A stretch of DNA of 64,000 nt from an uncultured Bacilli bacterium (GTDB lineage: Bacteria; Bacillota_I; Bacilli_A; RF39; UBA660): the NCBI GenBank assembly GCA_934085565.1, contig CAKOHG010000001.1, positions 64,706 to 128,705 of the forward strand, written 5' to 3'. The notes under the pieces were generated by a model. That model was not told the origin of the DNA. It made no database searches and was given only the letters and a program-made list of their open reading frames with translations. A program made the translations under genes and the position numbers. Shown in pieces: positions 30,003 to 39,379 of this stretch. The stretch's first letter is position 1. The number at the start of each line of letters is the position of its first letter.

Positions 30003-30428
30003 ATGAGAACATTTTATTTTTTTGAAATTAAACCAGAGTTAGTAGCTTTATTAAAAGACAATCCTTATGAGTTATTTAAAACATTAGAAACGATTTATTA
30101 TCAGAATTTAGATTTAGAAACCAGTTATCAATTTATTAGACAACTTATTAATCCTATTCCTATTAAAAATTTGGATATATCTTTATTTAAAAAGTATAAA
30201 GAAAATTATTTTTATACTAAATATAAAAATGTTCATTCTTTACATGATGTTTTTAGAAGAGAAAATACTATTTTGAAACTATATAAAACTTATTTAAAAA
30301 TGGAAACGAATGTAGTTAAACCTAAATTTTTAGAAGAATTACAAAAAAATCACAACTTTTTTGTTTGTGATTTTAAGGAAAAAGATTATTTTTGGTTAGA
30401 TTCTTTATCTTTTACAATGATAGGTTGA
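30003..30428 (+). CDS. SirA (YneE)-like sporulation inhibitor of replication, putative
   Basis: 141 aa; QLINPIPI and FFVCDFKEKDYFWLDS resemble B. subtilis SirA (QPIPI...FLAMDFNSKRYGWLNP); sits downstream of tkt as sirA does in B. subtilis. Confidence 0.45.
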   Translation: MRTFYFFEIKPELVALLKDNPYELFKTLETIYYQNLDLETSYQFIRQLINPIPIKNLDISLFKKYKENYFYTKYKNVHSLHDVFRRENTILKLYKTYLKMETNVVKPKFLEELQKNHNFFVCDFKEKDYFWLDSLSFTMIG

Positions 30429-31495
30429 TTTAAATTATCAAAAACCATGGTATTTTTAGATGATAAAATTTGATATAAATAAGACGCTCTTTTTTCAATT
30501 TCATAAACACGACTATTATAATCTGTCGTGGTCATTAAAGAAGGCTTATTATTTTTTAAATAGTCTTGACCGTGTTTGTTAAAACCTAAAATTTTTACAT
30601 ACGTTAAAGGTGTTTTGACATCTTCTTTAGTAATGCCAAGTAAGATATGAATAAGCATTCTATTTAATCGGTTGTAAGTATATCGTTTACTTTTTAAATG
30701 TTCTAAAAGTTCTTTTACAGTGTGAACCTTTAATATTTCTTTTTTTAACTTGTTATCTAAGCCTTCTGTCACGTCTAAATAAGTATTTAAATTGTTTTCG
30801 GTAAGTATCTTAAAGCGAAGAAGTTCAAAAAGTAAAGACTCATTAATTTTATTTAAGACTTCTAAAGACTCTTTAGGCATGTAGAAAGAAACGTCTTCAT
30901 TTTCTTCTAGTTTATGACGGATATTAGAAGCAGAAATAATTTTTTCATTTGCCTTGATATCATGAAAATCATTGGTTCTTAAAATGGTTTCATAGGTCAT
31001 ATCATAATTGTTTTTTAAAATGGCTTTAATATAGGAAATTGCTAAAATGTCATTAGGCCCGATTTTTTCCTCTTCCTTTAAAGCTTCATTTAGGCGTTTT
31101 GGATAAGAAAGAGGACTTTTTTTTATCCTGAAATCTTCTTCTAATTGTAATGAGGCTAAATGGTGAAGTTTCAAGGTGTCTTCGGTTTCACTACCAAAAA
31201 TGATTTTTTTAACACCTAAGTGATGTAGCAAAGTGACACTTACATTAGCAAAAGTATCTGCTGATTGTGTTCCAAATAAAGTAGGAAGTTCCATAACAAT
31301 ATCTACCTTATTTATAATGGCAATTCTTGTTTTATCTTCTTTACTTGAAAGACTTATTTGACCTCTTTCTAAAAAATAACCATTTAAACATAAAATAATT
31401 AAAGAAGAGGGATATTTCTTTTTAATTTCTTCTATATGATAGATATGACCATTATGAAAAGGGGAGTATTCACAGATAATACCAATAATTTGCAT
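30386..31495 (-). CDS. tmcAL: tRNA(Met) cytidine acetate ligase (UPF0348/YlbM family)
   Basis: N-terminal GIICEYSPFHNGH nucleotidyltransferase signature of the YlbM/TmcAL family; 3' end overlaps convergent 30003 gene by 43 nt. Confidence 0.8.
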   Translation of the reverse strand: MQIIGIICEYSPFHNGHIYHIEEIKKKYPSSLIILCLNGYFLERGQISLSSKEDKTRIAIINKVDIVMELPTLFGTQSADTFANVSVTLLHHLGVKKIIFGSETEDTLKLHHLASLQLEEDFRIKKSPLSYPKRLNEALKEEEKIGPNDILAISYIKAILKNNYDMTYETILRTNDFHDIKANEKIISASNIRHKLEENEDVSFYMPKESLEVLNKINESLLFELLRFKILTENNLNTYLDVTEGLDNKLKKEILKVHTVKELLEHLKSKRYTYNRLNRMLIHILLGITKEDVKTPLTYVKILGFNKHGQDYLKNNKPSLMTTTDYNSRVYEIEKRASYLYQILSSKNTMVFDNLNQPIIVKDKESNQK

Positions 31496-31564
31496 ATTTT
31501 CACCTCTTTTTTTAGTTTATCATGAACTCCTACTTGTGTAAAATTATTTTTAAAGGTATAATAC

Positions 31565-32065
31565 ATGTACAGAAGAAAGGTGATAAATGTGGATTTACAA
31601 AAAGTATTTGTCCGTCCTTTACATGAGGATGTTTCTGTTCATTTAGATAAAGAACTTTATGAGCCTACCGGCATTTTAGATATCCCTCCTTTTAATTTAT
31701 CTATTGATATTCTTTTGGATGCTAATCAAGATTATCATTTAGTTTTAAAAGCAGATTTAAGTCTTACTTTAAGTGACGCGAGAACTTGTAAACCAGTGTC
31801 TTATCCTGTTCATCTTGATTTTGAAGAAAAAATTGAAGAAGACAGTGAAATATGTGGCAGATTTTTGGAAAATTCACAAAATACACTTGATATTCTGAGT
31901 ATTTTATGGGAAAATATTGTACTGGAAATTCCAATTAGTTATACCGAATCTGATGAGTTAAATCTTAAAGAGGAAGGTTATCAAGTAAATGGGAATGAGA
32001 GTGGAGAAAATATCGATCCAAGGCTAGCTCCTCTATTGGAGTTATTGGATAAGGAAAAGGAGTGA
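31565..32065 (+). CDS. yceD: YceD/DUF177 family protein (23S rRNA accumulation protein)
   Basis: 166 aa acidic protein directly upstream of rpmF, as is conserved; DUF177-like N-terminal pattern. Confidence 0.7.
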   Translation: MYRRKVINVDLQKVFVRPLHEDVSVHLDKELYEPTGILDIPPFNLSIDILLDANQDYHLVLKADLSLTLSDARTCKPVSYPVHLDFEEKIEEDSEICGRFLENSQNTLDILSILWENIVLEIPISYTESDELNLKEEGYQVNGNESGENIDPRLAPLLELLDKEKE

Positions 32066-32069
32066 AACT

Positions 32070-32279
32070 ATGAAACTAAACCTTCAATTATTTGCTGTTC
32101 CTTTTAGAAGAACTAGTAAAACAAAGAAAAGAATGCGTCGTACACATTTAAAAAAGGAAGTTGGAACTATTGCAACTTGTCCTAAATGTGGTGCTGCTTT
32201 AAGACCACACCGTGCATGTGCTAAATGTGGCTTCTACAAAAATGAAGATGTTTTACATATTCAAAAAGAAGAAAATTAG
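32070..32279 (+). CDS. rpmF: 50S ribosomal protein L32 with short N-terminal extension (MKLNLQLF)
   Basis: AVPFRRTSKTKKRMRRTH L32 signature and C4 zinc ribbon CPKCG...CAKCG; AAGGAGTG RBS. Confidence 0.85.
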   Translation: MKLNLQLFAVPFRRTSKTKKRMRRTHLKKEVGTIATCPKCGAALRPHRACAKCGFYKNEDVLHIQKEEN

Positions 32280-32337
32280 AAAAAATCACTTGTAATTTTG
32301 ATTGATATCGTTTATAATCAATATGCAAGTGAAAAAT

Positions 32338-32414
32338 GTACCCATAGCTCAATTGGATAGAGCGTTAGACTACGGATCTAAAGGTTAGGGGTTCGACTCC
32401 CTTTGGGTACACCA
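32338..32414 (+). tRNA. tRNA-Arg (anticodon ACG)
   Basis: acceptor GTACCCA/TGGGTAC, anticodon loop CUACGGA, CCA encoded; TTGTAA-17-TATAAT promoter upstream. Confidence 0.8.
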
Positions 32415-32423
32415 TTTATATGT

Positions 32424-32500
32424 CGAGAAGTAGCACAATTTGGTAGTGCACTTGGTTTGGGACCAAGGGGTCGCAGGTTCGAGTCCTGTCTTCTCGACCA
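32424..32500 (+). tRNA. tRNA-Pro (anticodon TGG)
   Basis: close match to Bacillus tRNA-Pro (CGGGAAG...TTTGGGACC...CTTCCCGACCA); anticodon loop UUUGGGA. Confidence 0.85.
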
Positions 32501-32512
32501 TTTTGTTTATTA

Positions 32513-32536
32513 AAGTCCTTTTAAAGGACTTTTTCT
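32513..32536 (+). terminator. rho-independent terminator after tRNA-Arg/Pro
   Basis: AGTCCTT-tta-AAGGACT plus TTTTTC. Confidence 0.6.
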
Positions 32537-32590
32537 TTTGCAATTTACCTTCTAAATGTGGTATCCTTAACGAGAGAGGAAGTAGTAATA

Positions 32591-32977
32591 ATGATTAAAG
32601 AATTTAAAGAGTTTATCAAAAGAGGAAATGTTTTAGATTTAGCTGTCGGCGTTATTGTTGGAGGAGCTTTTTCTAGTATTGTCAGTTCTCTTGTAAATAA
32701 CATTTTATCACCCATTTTAGGAATCATTTTAGGTGGTATCGATTTTTCTGGATTATCTATTACCATTAAAGATGCAAATATCCAATATGGTATGTTTATT
32801 CAAAGTGTTATTGACTTTTTGATTGTTTCTTTCTGTATTTTCTTATTAGTTAAATTCATTAATAAGATTACCCATTTAGAAAAGAAAGAAGAAGCTAAAA
32901 AAGAGGCTCCTAAAAAAAGTGAAGAAGTTAAACTTTTAGAAGATATTAGAGATTTACTAAAAGAACAAAATAAATAA
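32591..32977 (+). CDS. mscL: large-conductance mechanosensitive channel (ORF track start 32558 is an over-extension)
   Basis: MIKEFKEFIKRGNVLDLAVGVIVGGAF canonical MscL N-terminus and TM1; GAGAGGAAG RBS. Confidence 0.92.
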   Translation: MIKEFKEFIKRGNVLDLAVGVIVGGAFSSIVSSLVNNILSPILGIILGGIDFSGLSITIKDANIQYGMFIQSVIDFLIVSFCIFLLVKFINKITHLEKKEEAKKEAPKKSEEVKLLEDIRDLLKEQNK

Positions 32978-32991
32978 AAAAGAGGTCATAA

Positions 32992-34299
32992 ATGGAAAAA
33001 TATACAACAAATATTTTACAACATCAATATTTTGTAAAGGAAAGTATTCCCAGCGAAAAATTTGAATCACGTTGGGAATGGAATGTTGTAAAAATTTATG
33101 ATGAAAAAAAGATTAGAACCTGGTGTGGTTTAGGTGGTTCTATTACAGGGGCGTCCGCTTTTAATTTTCAAAAATTATCGAAAGATAATCAAAAGAAATT
33201 TATAGAATATTATTATGGTCAAAGTGGTTTAAATTATAATTTGGCTCGTTTATCTATCGGTAGCAATGATTTTTGCCCATATTCTTATGAATATTGCCCT
33301 GATGGAGACTTAAAACATTTTCAAATAAAAGAAGACAAAAAATTGCTTTTTCCTTTGCTAAAAAAGATTAATCGAAAAGCTGATATTACTTATTTAGCTA
33401 GTCCTTGGAGTCCTCCAAGTTGGATGAAAGATAATAATTCTTTAATAGGTGGAAAATTAAAAAAAGAATGCTATGCTTCATATGCAGAATATTTAGTTAA
33501 ATTTTTAGAAAGCTATCAAAAAGAAAATATTTCTATTCCTTATTTAACGATTCAAAATGAGCCGTATGCTTGGCAGAAATGGGAATCTTGTGTTTATTCT
33601 TTAAAAGAACAAAAAGATTTTATAAAAAATTATTTGCTTGATGAATTAAATAAGAGTAAATTGGATACTAAAATATTATTATGGGATCATAACAAAGACA
33701 ATGTTTATGAAAATACGAAATATCTAAGAATAAAAGATGACAGAATTGCTGGTGTTGCTTTCCACAGTTATGCTGGCTCACATTTTCAAAATTTAGCTTT
33801 AATTAGTCAAAAATATCCAAATGATTTATTATGGCATACCGAAGGATGTCGTGGTTTTGAACCATATAACGAAGAAAAATGGCTTTTAGATGCTGAACTT
33901 TATATGTTAGATTTAATTGGCGATATTAATCATGGTATGAATGGCTATATTGATTGGAATATTTTATTAGATGATAAAGGAGGACCTAATCATGTAGAAA
34001 ATTATTGTAAAAGTCCTATTATGCTTGATGAGAACAATAATCTTATTTTAACTCCTATTTATTACTATTTAAAACATTTAGGTTTCTTTGTTAAAAAAGG
34101 ATATCAAAGTCTTGTCGTTGATACTTATCGTCCTGACTTATTCTGCTGTGCTTTTAAAAATCAAAACGAGTATGTAATGATATGTCTTAATATGAATGCC
34201 TATGACATGGAAGTTGATCTTATTTTAAAAGGAAAAAGAACCCATGATGTTTTATCTTCCCATAGCATTGTCACTTATGTAGAAACTATTGAAAAATAA
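32992..34299 (+). CDS. glycoside hydrolase, clan GH-A TIM-barrel, probably family 30 (glucosylceramidase-like)
   Basis: TIQNEP acid/base motif and HTEGC candidate nucleophile; 435 aa cytoplasmic protein. Confidence 0.5.
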   Translation: MEKYTTNILQHQYFVKESIPSEKFESRWEWNVVKIYDEKKIRTWCGLGGSITGASAFNFQKLSKDNQKKFIEYYYGQSGLNYNLARLSIGSNDFCPYSYEYCPDGDLKHFQIKEDKKLLFPLLKKINRKADITYLASPWSPPSWMKDNNSLIGGKLKKECYASYAEYLVKFLESYQKENISIPYLTIQNEPYAWQKWESCVYSLKEQKDFIKNYLLDELNKSKLDTKILLWDHNKDNVYENTKYLRIKDDRIAGVAFHSYAGSHFQNLALISQKYPNDLLWHTEGCRGFEPYNEEKWLLDAELYMLDLIGDINHGMNGYIDWNILLDDKGGPNHVENYCKSPIMLDENNNLILTPIYYYLKHLGFFVKKGYQSLVVDTYRPDLFCCAFKNQNEYVMICLNMNAYDMEVDLILKGKRTHDVLSSHSIVTYVETIEK

Positions 34300-34370
34300 A
34301 AACACTAAATTGGACTAGTGTTTTTTTCATAATTATTGTATACTGATTATAGGATAGAGAGGGTAATCAT

Positions 34371-36719
34371 ATGCAAAAAGTTACGTTAAGTGAAGAAGAA
34401 TTAAAAAGAATAGACGGCTATTTTAGAGCGACAAATTATGTATCTGCCGCGGCACTTTATTTAAAGGATAATCCCCTTTTAAGAAGACCTTTAACATTTG
34501 ATGATATAAAAAGTAAATTAGTAGGTCACTGGGGCAGTGCTCCAGGACAAAATCTATGTTATGTGCATTGTAATCGTGTCATTGAAAAATATAATTTAAA
34601 CATGATGTGGATTGTAGGACCTGGTCATGCTGGGCAATCTGCGATGGCTAATTCTTATTTTGAAGGAACTTATACCGACGTATATAAAGAATTTACAGAA
34701 GACGAAGAAGGTTTAAGAAAATTTTTAAAACATTTTAGTTTTCCAGGTGGTACTTCTAGTCATGTTGCTCCAGAAGTTCCGGGAAGTATTAATGAAGGTG
34801 GGGAACTTGGTTATAGTTTAGTTCATGCTTTTGGAGCTGTTTTAGATAATCCTGATTTAATTGCCACGGTTATCGTGGGAGATGGTGAAGCGGAAACAGG
34901 TCCTTTAGCAACGAGTTGGCATTGCAATAAACTTTTAAATGCCAAAAATGATGGGGTTGTTTTACCTATCTTACATTTAAATGGATATAAGATTGCCAAT
35001 CCTACTATTTTTGCCCGTATTAGTGAAGAAGAATTAATATCTTTCTTTAAAGGTTGTGGTTGGGAACCTTATATTGTAGATTATCAAAATAAAGAAAATA
35101 TTCATGAGCAAATGGCTACTGTTATGGACGAAGTCATTGAAAGAATTAAAATGATTCAAGAAGCTGCTAGGGAAAAAGGCATAAGTAAAAGACCTATTTG
35201 GCCTATGATAATTTTAAAGACACCTAAAGGATTTACAGGACCTAAAGAAATTGACGGCAAAAAAATCGAAGACTCTTTTAGATCTCATCAAGTTCCACTT
35301 GAAGTTACTAAAGAACATCCTGAAAGTCTAGAAGAACTAGAAAGATGGCTTAAGAGTTATCATCCTGAAGAACTTTTTGATGAAAAGGGAAGATTAAAAG
35401 ATAAATATCGTATGATACCCGTTAAAGAAAGATGTATGAGTGCTAATAAAAATGCCAACGGTGGTCTTTTAAAAGAACCTTTGAAATTACCAAATATTTT
35501 AAAATATGGTATCCGCATTCCATATCCTGGTAATGATGAGAAAGAAGATATGAAAGTTTTAGGTCGTTATTTAAAAGATGTTGTGGCTTTAAATCCTACT
35601 AATTTCCGGATTTTTGGACCAGATGAAGCGTTATCGAATCGTTTATATTCTGTCTTTGAAGTGACAAAAAGACAATTTGAAGGTAAAATCTATGAAGATG
35701 ACGAGCTATTAAGTACCGAAGGACGTATTATTGATTCTATGTTGTCTGAACATGTTTGTGAAGGTTTATTAGAAGGATATCTTTTAACAGGAAGACATGG
35801 TATTTTCCATAGTTATGAATCTTTCATGAGAATTGTAGATTCTATGATTAGTCAGCACGCTAAATGGTTAAAAGTATCTAAAGAACTAAGTTGGCGTAAA
35901 CCAATCGCTAGTTTAAATCTTTTAGTTACTAGTCATTGTTGGCAACAAGATCATAATGGATATACTCATCAAGATCCTGGAATGATTAACCATATCTTAA
36001 CTAAAAAATCGTCTATCGCTCGCATTTATTTACCGTGTGACGCGAATACTTTAATATCTGTAATGGACCATTGTTTACAAAGTGAAAATTATATTAATTT
36101 AATTATTGCCAGTAAACATCCACGCCCTGAGTGGTTAAGTATGAAAGAAGCCATTAGACATTGTGAAAAGGGAATTGGAATCTTTGGCTTTGCAAGTAAT
36201 GACTTAGATAATAATCCTGACCTTGTTTTAGCTTGTGCTGGAGATACACCTACTTTAGAAGTCATGGCAGCAACGAGTATTTTACGTAGTTGGTTACCTA
36301 ATTTGAAAGTACGTGTTGTAAATGTGGTAGACTTGATGAAATTAGAAAGCCATGAAGATCATCCACATGGTTTAACAGATAAAGAATTTGATGCCATTTT
36401 TACTAAAAATAAACCTGTTGTTTTTGCTTTCCATGGTTACCCTAATGTTATTCACGAATTAACTTATAAAAGAACAAACCAAAATATTCATGTTCGTGGG
36501 TATATTGAAGAAGGTACTATTACGACACCATTTGATATGCGTGTTCAAAATAAATTAGACCGTTATCATTTGATTTTATTAGCTTTAAAATATTTACCAG
36601 AATTTGATACGAAAGCCCTAGAAGAGTATTGTAATGAGCAATTAAAAAAACATGCCGCTTATATTAAAGAATATGGCAAAGATTTAGAAGAAATTATTAA
36701 CTGGCATTGGAGTATATAA
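34371..36719 (+). CDS. xfp: xylulose-5-phosphate/fructose-6-phosphate phosphoketolase
   Basis: GHWGSAPGQN signature and ThDP-binding GDGEAETG; 782 aa. Confidence 0.93.
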   Translation: MQKVTLSEEELKRIDGYFRATNYVSAAALYLKDNPLLRRPLTFDDIKSKLVGHWGSAPGQNLCYVHCNRVIEKYNLNMMWIVGPGHAGQSAMANSYFEGTYTDVYKEFTEDEEGLRKFLKHFSFPGGTSSHVAPEVPGSINEGGELGYSLVHAFGAVLDNPDLIATVIVGDGEAETGPLATSWHCNKLLNAKNDGVVLPILHLNGYKIANPTIFARISEEELISFFKGCGWEPYIVDYQNKENIHEQMATVMDEVIERIKMIQEAAREKGISKRPIWPMIILKTPKGFTGPKEIDGKKIEDSFRSHQVPLEVTKEHPESLEELERWLKSYHPEELFDEKGRLKDKYRMIPVKERCMSANKNANGGLLKEPLKLPNILKYGIRIPYPGNDEKEDMKVLGRYLKDVVALNPTNFRIFGPDEALSNRLYSVFEVTKRQFEGKIYEDDELLSTEGRIIDSMLSEHVCEGLLEGYLLTGRHGIFHSYESFMRIVDSMISQHAKWLKVSKELSWRKPIASLNLLVTSHCWQQDHNGYTHQDPGMINHILTKKSSIARIYLPCDANTLISVMDHCLQSENYINLIIASKHPRPEWLSMKEAIRHCEKGIGIFGFASNDLDNNPDLVLACAGDTPTLEVMAATSILRSWLPNLKVRVVNVVDLMKLESHEDHPHGLTDKEFDAIFTKNKPVVFAFHGYPNVIHELTYKRTNQNIHVRGYIEEGTITTPFDMRVQNKLDRYHLILLALKYLPEFDTKALEEYCNEQLKKHAAYIKEYGKDLEEIINWHWSI

Positions 36720-36786
36720 AAAGCATTTGTAAATGAAGCAAGTGCTTTTTTTTATACAAAAAAACACCCTTTAGTTAAGAGTGTTT

Positions 36787-37413
36787 TTAAAATTGATGAA
36801 ATAAACCAATGGCTTTTCCTAAAATAGTCACGTTATTAAAGATAAATGGACTCATGGTATCATTTTCAGGTTGAAGTCTAATATGTCCATCTTCTTTGTA
36901 AAAAGTTTTTAAAGTAACTTCATTTTCATCTGTCATGGCTACCACAATATCACCATTATTCGCGGTATTTTGTTTTTCTAAAATAACAATGTCACCATCT
37001 TGAATACCTTTATTTATCATAGATTCCCCACTTACTTTTAAAGTAAATACGGTTTTATTTAAAGGAACAAGACAAGCAGGAAGTTCAAAAAATTCATTTG
37101 GCTTTTCGATGGCTTCAATTGGATTACCAGCGGTTACCTTGCCAAGTAAAGGGACTTTAATGATTCCTTCTTGTTCATTTAAATATTCATTTTCCACTAA
37201 TAGTTCAATTGTTCTAAATTTGTTACTTGAGTTTCTAATAACACCTGCTTTTTTTAAATTGTTAATATGTGATTGGACTGTCGCTGGACTAGATAATCCT
37301 AATATTTCGCAAATTTCCCTGACTGCTGGAGGAAATCCATGTTCAGCTTGGTATTTTTTGATACAATCCAAAACTTTTTCTTGCTTAGCTGTTAACTTTA
37401 CACTTTCTTCCAT
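36787..37413 (-). CDS. lexA: LexA repressor
   Basis: N-terminal winged HTH and C-terminal S24 peptidase (VSGESMI...GDIVIL); 208 aa. Confidence 0.9.
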   Translation of the reverse strand: MEESVKLTAKQEKVLDCIKKYQAEHGFPPAVREICEILGLSSPATVQSHINNLKKAGVIRNSSNKFRTIELLVENEYLNEQEGIIKVPLLGKVTAGNPIEAIEKPNEFFELPACLVPLNKTVFTLKVSGESMINKGIQDGDIVILEKQNTANNGDIVVAMTDENEVTLKTFYKEDGHIRLQPENDTMSPFIFNNVTILGKAIGLFHQF

Positions 37414-37474
37414 TTTTACACCTCTTTAAAAGAGTACCATACATTTGATTGCCTGTCAAACCTTGAAACTTTAA

Positions 37475-37503
37475 GCATAAAAATAAAAAAACATATCATA
37501 CTA
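37475..37503 (+). promoter_or_regulatory. forespore sigma-F/sigma-G-type promoter (GCATA-17-CATACTA) upstream of spoVA genes
   Basis: -35 GCATA 37475-37479, 17-nt spacer, -10 CATACTA 37497-37503; fits sigma-G consensus GHATR / CAxHxTA. Confidence 0.5.
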
Positions 37504-37519
37504 TGGTTGGGTGAATTTT

Positions 37520-37957
37520 ATGAACAAAGATGAATATCAAAAATTGGTAGATGAATTAAAACCGAAAGAACCAAAGTTAAAAAGAGCTATTGTGTCTTTT
37601 GTGGTAGGAGGGTGTCTTGGTCTTGTTAGTCAAATATTTGTTTCCGTCTTAGAAAGTAGTTTTGGCATTCCTACGAAAGAAGCTTTTATATGGCTTTGCA
37701 TTACGATGATATTTTTATCTAGTTTTTTAACATCTCTTGGCTTCTTTGATAATTGGGTAAGTACTTGTCAAGCAGGACTTTTTTTACCAACAACAGGTTT
37801 TGCTCATTCTGTCACATCCGCTGCCTTAGATTATAGAAGAGATGGCTTGATTACAGGTTTAGGTTCCAACTTCTTTCGCCTTGCCGGCAGTGTTTTATTA
37901 TATGGAATGGTAAGTGCCTTTTTCTTAGGTATTTTAGGGGTGATTATTTATGGCTAG
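37520..37957 (+). CDS. spoVAC: stage V sporulation protein AC (ORF-track alternative GTG start 37511)
   Basis: about 145-aa polytopic membrane protein with the SpoVAC pattern; first gene of an AC-AD-AEB triad. Confidence 0.8.
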   Translation: MNKDEYQKLVDELKPKEPKLKRAIVSFVVGGCLGLVSQIFVSVLESSFGIPTKEAFIWLCITMIFLSSFLTSLGFFDNWVSTCQAGLFLPTTGFAHSVTSAALDYRRDGLITGLGSNFFRLAGSVLLYGMVSAFFLGILGVIIYG

Positions 37958-38930
37958 CAAAAAAATCAATAATGTTTATATTGCAGACTCCTTTACCATC
38001 GCAGGACCTTTTGAAAAAGAGGGAAGTGTCAAAGATTTTGATATGACTTTAGAAGATTTTTATTTTAAGGCTCATACGTTTGAACAATCAGAAATAAAAA
38101 TGCAAAAAGTAGCGATTGATAATCTTTTAGCTAAAAATCATTTGCTTACGAAAGATATTTCTCTTTTAGTTTCCGGAGATTTATCGAATCAAATAGGTAC
38201 TTCTAGTTATGCTGCTAGTTCTTATGATTTTCCTTATTTAGGAGTTTATTCTGCTTGTGCATCTTTTATAGAAAGTCTTTTTACGGCAGCAACTTTTATA
38301 GAAAGTAAGACTAAAGCCAATGCTCTTTGTGTGACTTCATCACATAATTTAGCGGCTGAAAAGCAATTTCGTTATCCTATCGAGTATGGGGCTCCACGAC
38401 CTAAAACATCAACCTTTACCGCGACAGGAAGTGTAGCTGTTTTACTAACCAAAAATAAAACACCTGTTAAATTAGAAAGCTATACGGTAGGAACTGTGGT
38501 AGATATGGGGCAAAAAGATACCAATAACATGGGGGCTATTATGGCTCCAGCGGCGGCTAAAGTTCTAACAGATCATTTAAATGAAATGAAAAGGTCTATT
38601 GATTATTATGATTTGATTTTAACGGGTGACTTGGGCTGCGTTGGTTCTAAGATATTACAAGAATATTTAAAACGAGTTTATGGGTTAAAAATGCCTAAAC
38701 ATCTTGACGCGGGATGTGAACTTTATTTGAAAAGTCAAGAACAGACAGCTTCAGGAGCCAGTGGACCAGTAGCTTTACCATTGTATCTTTTTGGTAAAGT
38801 CTTAAAATCACATAAATACCATCATATTTTACTTATTGGTACAGGTTCTTTACATAATCCTTTTTTAGTCAATCAAAAAATATCAATTCCAGCCATTGCT
38901 CATGCTGTTAGTTTGGAGGTTTCAGAATGA
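37950..38930 (+). CDS. spoVAD: stage V sporulation protein AD (thiolase-like fold)
   Basis: 326 aa; condensing-enzyme-like fold with GVYSACASF region; overlaps both neighbours (translational coupling). Confidence 0.8.
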   Translation: MASKKINNVYIADSFTIAGPFEKEGSVKDFDMTLEDFYFKAHTFEQSEIKMQKVAIDNLLAKNHLLTKDISLLVSGDLSNQIGTSSYAASSYDFPYLGVYSACASFIESLFTAATFIESKTKANALCVTSSHNLAAEKQFRYPIEYGAPRPKTSTFTATGSVAVLLTKNKTPVKLESYTVGTVVDMGQKDTNNMGAIMAPAAAKVLTDHLNEMKRSIDYYDLILTGDLGCVGSKILQEYLKRVYGLKMPKHLDAGCELYLKSQEQTASGASGPVALPLYLFGKVLKSHKYHHILLIGTGSLHNPFLVNQKISIPAIAHAVSLEVSE

Positions 38931-39277
38931 TTTATTTTAATGCTTTTTTAGTAGCCGGTTTGTTTTGTTTAAGTGCTCAGTTAATATTAGATAATACGAA
39001 ACTTACACCAGGACATATTACTTCATTATATACCGTTTTAGGTGCGGTTTTATCTTTTTTTGGACTTTATCCTAAACTCATTTCTTATGGTGGAGCAGGG
39101 GCGACAATTATGATTTCTAATTTTGGAAATATGTTATATCAAAGTGTTATCGAGGGATATCATGAAATGGGGGTTTTAGGTTTATTTGGTGGTTTACTCG
39201 TTAAAAGTTCCGCGGCTATTTCGAGTGCTGTTATCTTTGCTTTTGTCTTATCTTTTATTTTCAAACCTAAAAATTAA
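38927..39277 (+). CDS. spoVAEB: stage V sporulation protein AE, B segment
   Basis: 116-aa 3-TM protein, SYGGAGATIMISNFGN region typical of SpoVAEB. Confidence 0.8.
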   Translation: MIYFNAFLVAGLFCLSAQLILDNTKLTPGHITSLYTVLGAVLSFFGLYPKLISYGGAGATIMISNFGNMLYQSVIEGYHEMGVLGLFGGLLVKSSAAISSAVIFAFVLSFIFKPKN

Positions 39278-39379
39278 ATTAAAATTCGTTTCTTAGTAAT
39301 AAAGAAACGTTTTTTTATAAACAAATAAAGAAATTTCATCTTAATTTATGCTATAATAAACTGAAGTACAGGTGATGAT

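Noticed and set aside
37414-37474. Canonical Firmicutes SOS (Cheo) box GAAC-N4-GTTC upstream of lexA
   Set aside because: No match was found in the lexA upstream region. Only the TTTGA-N7-TCAAA palindrome was seen, reported as a finding rather than a feature.
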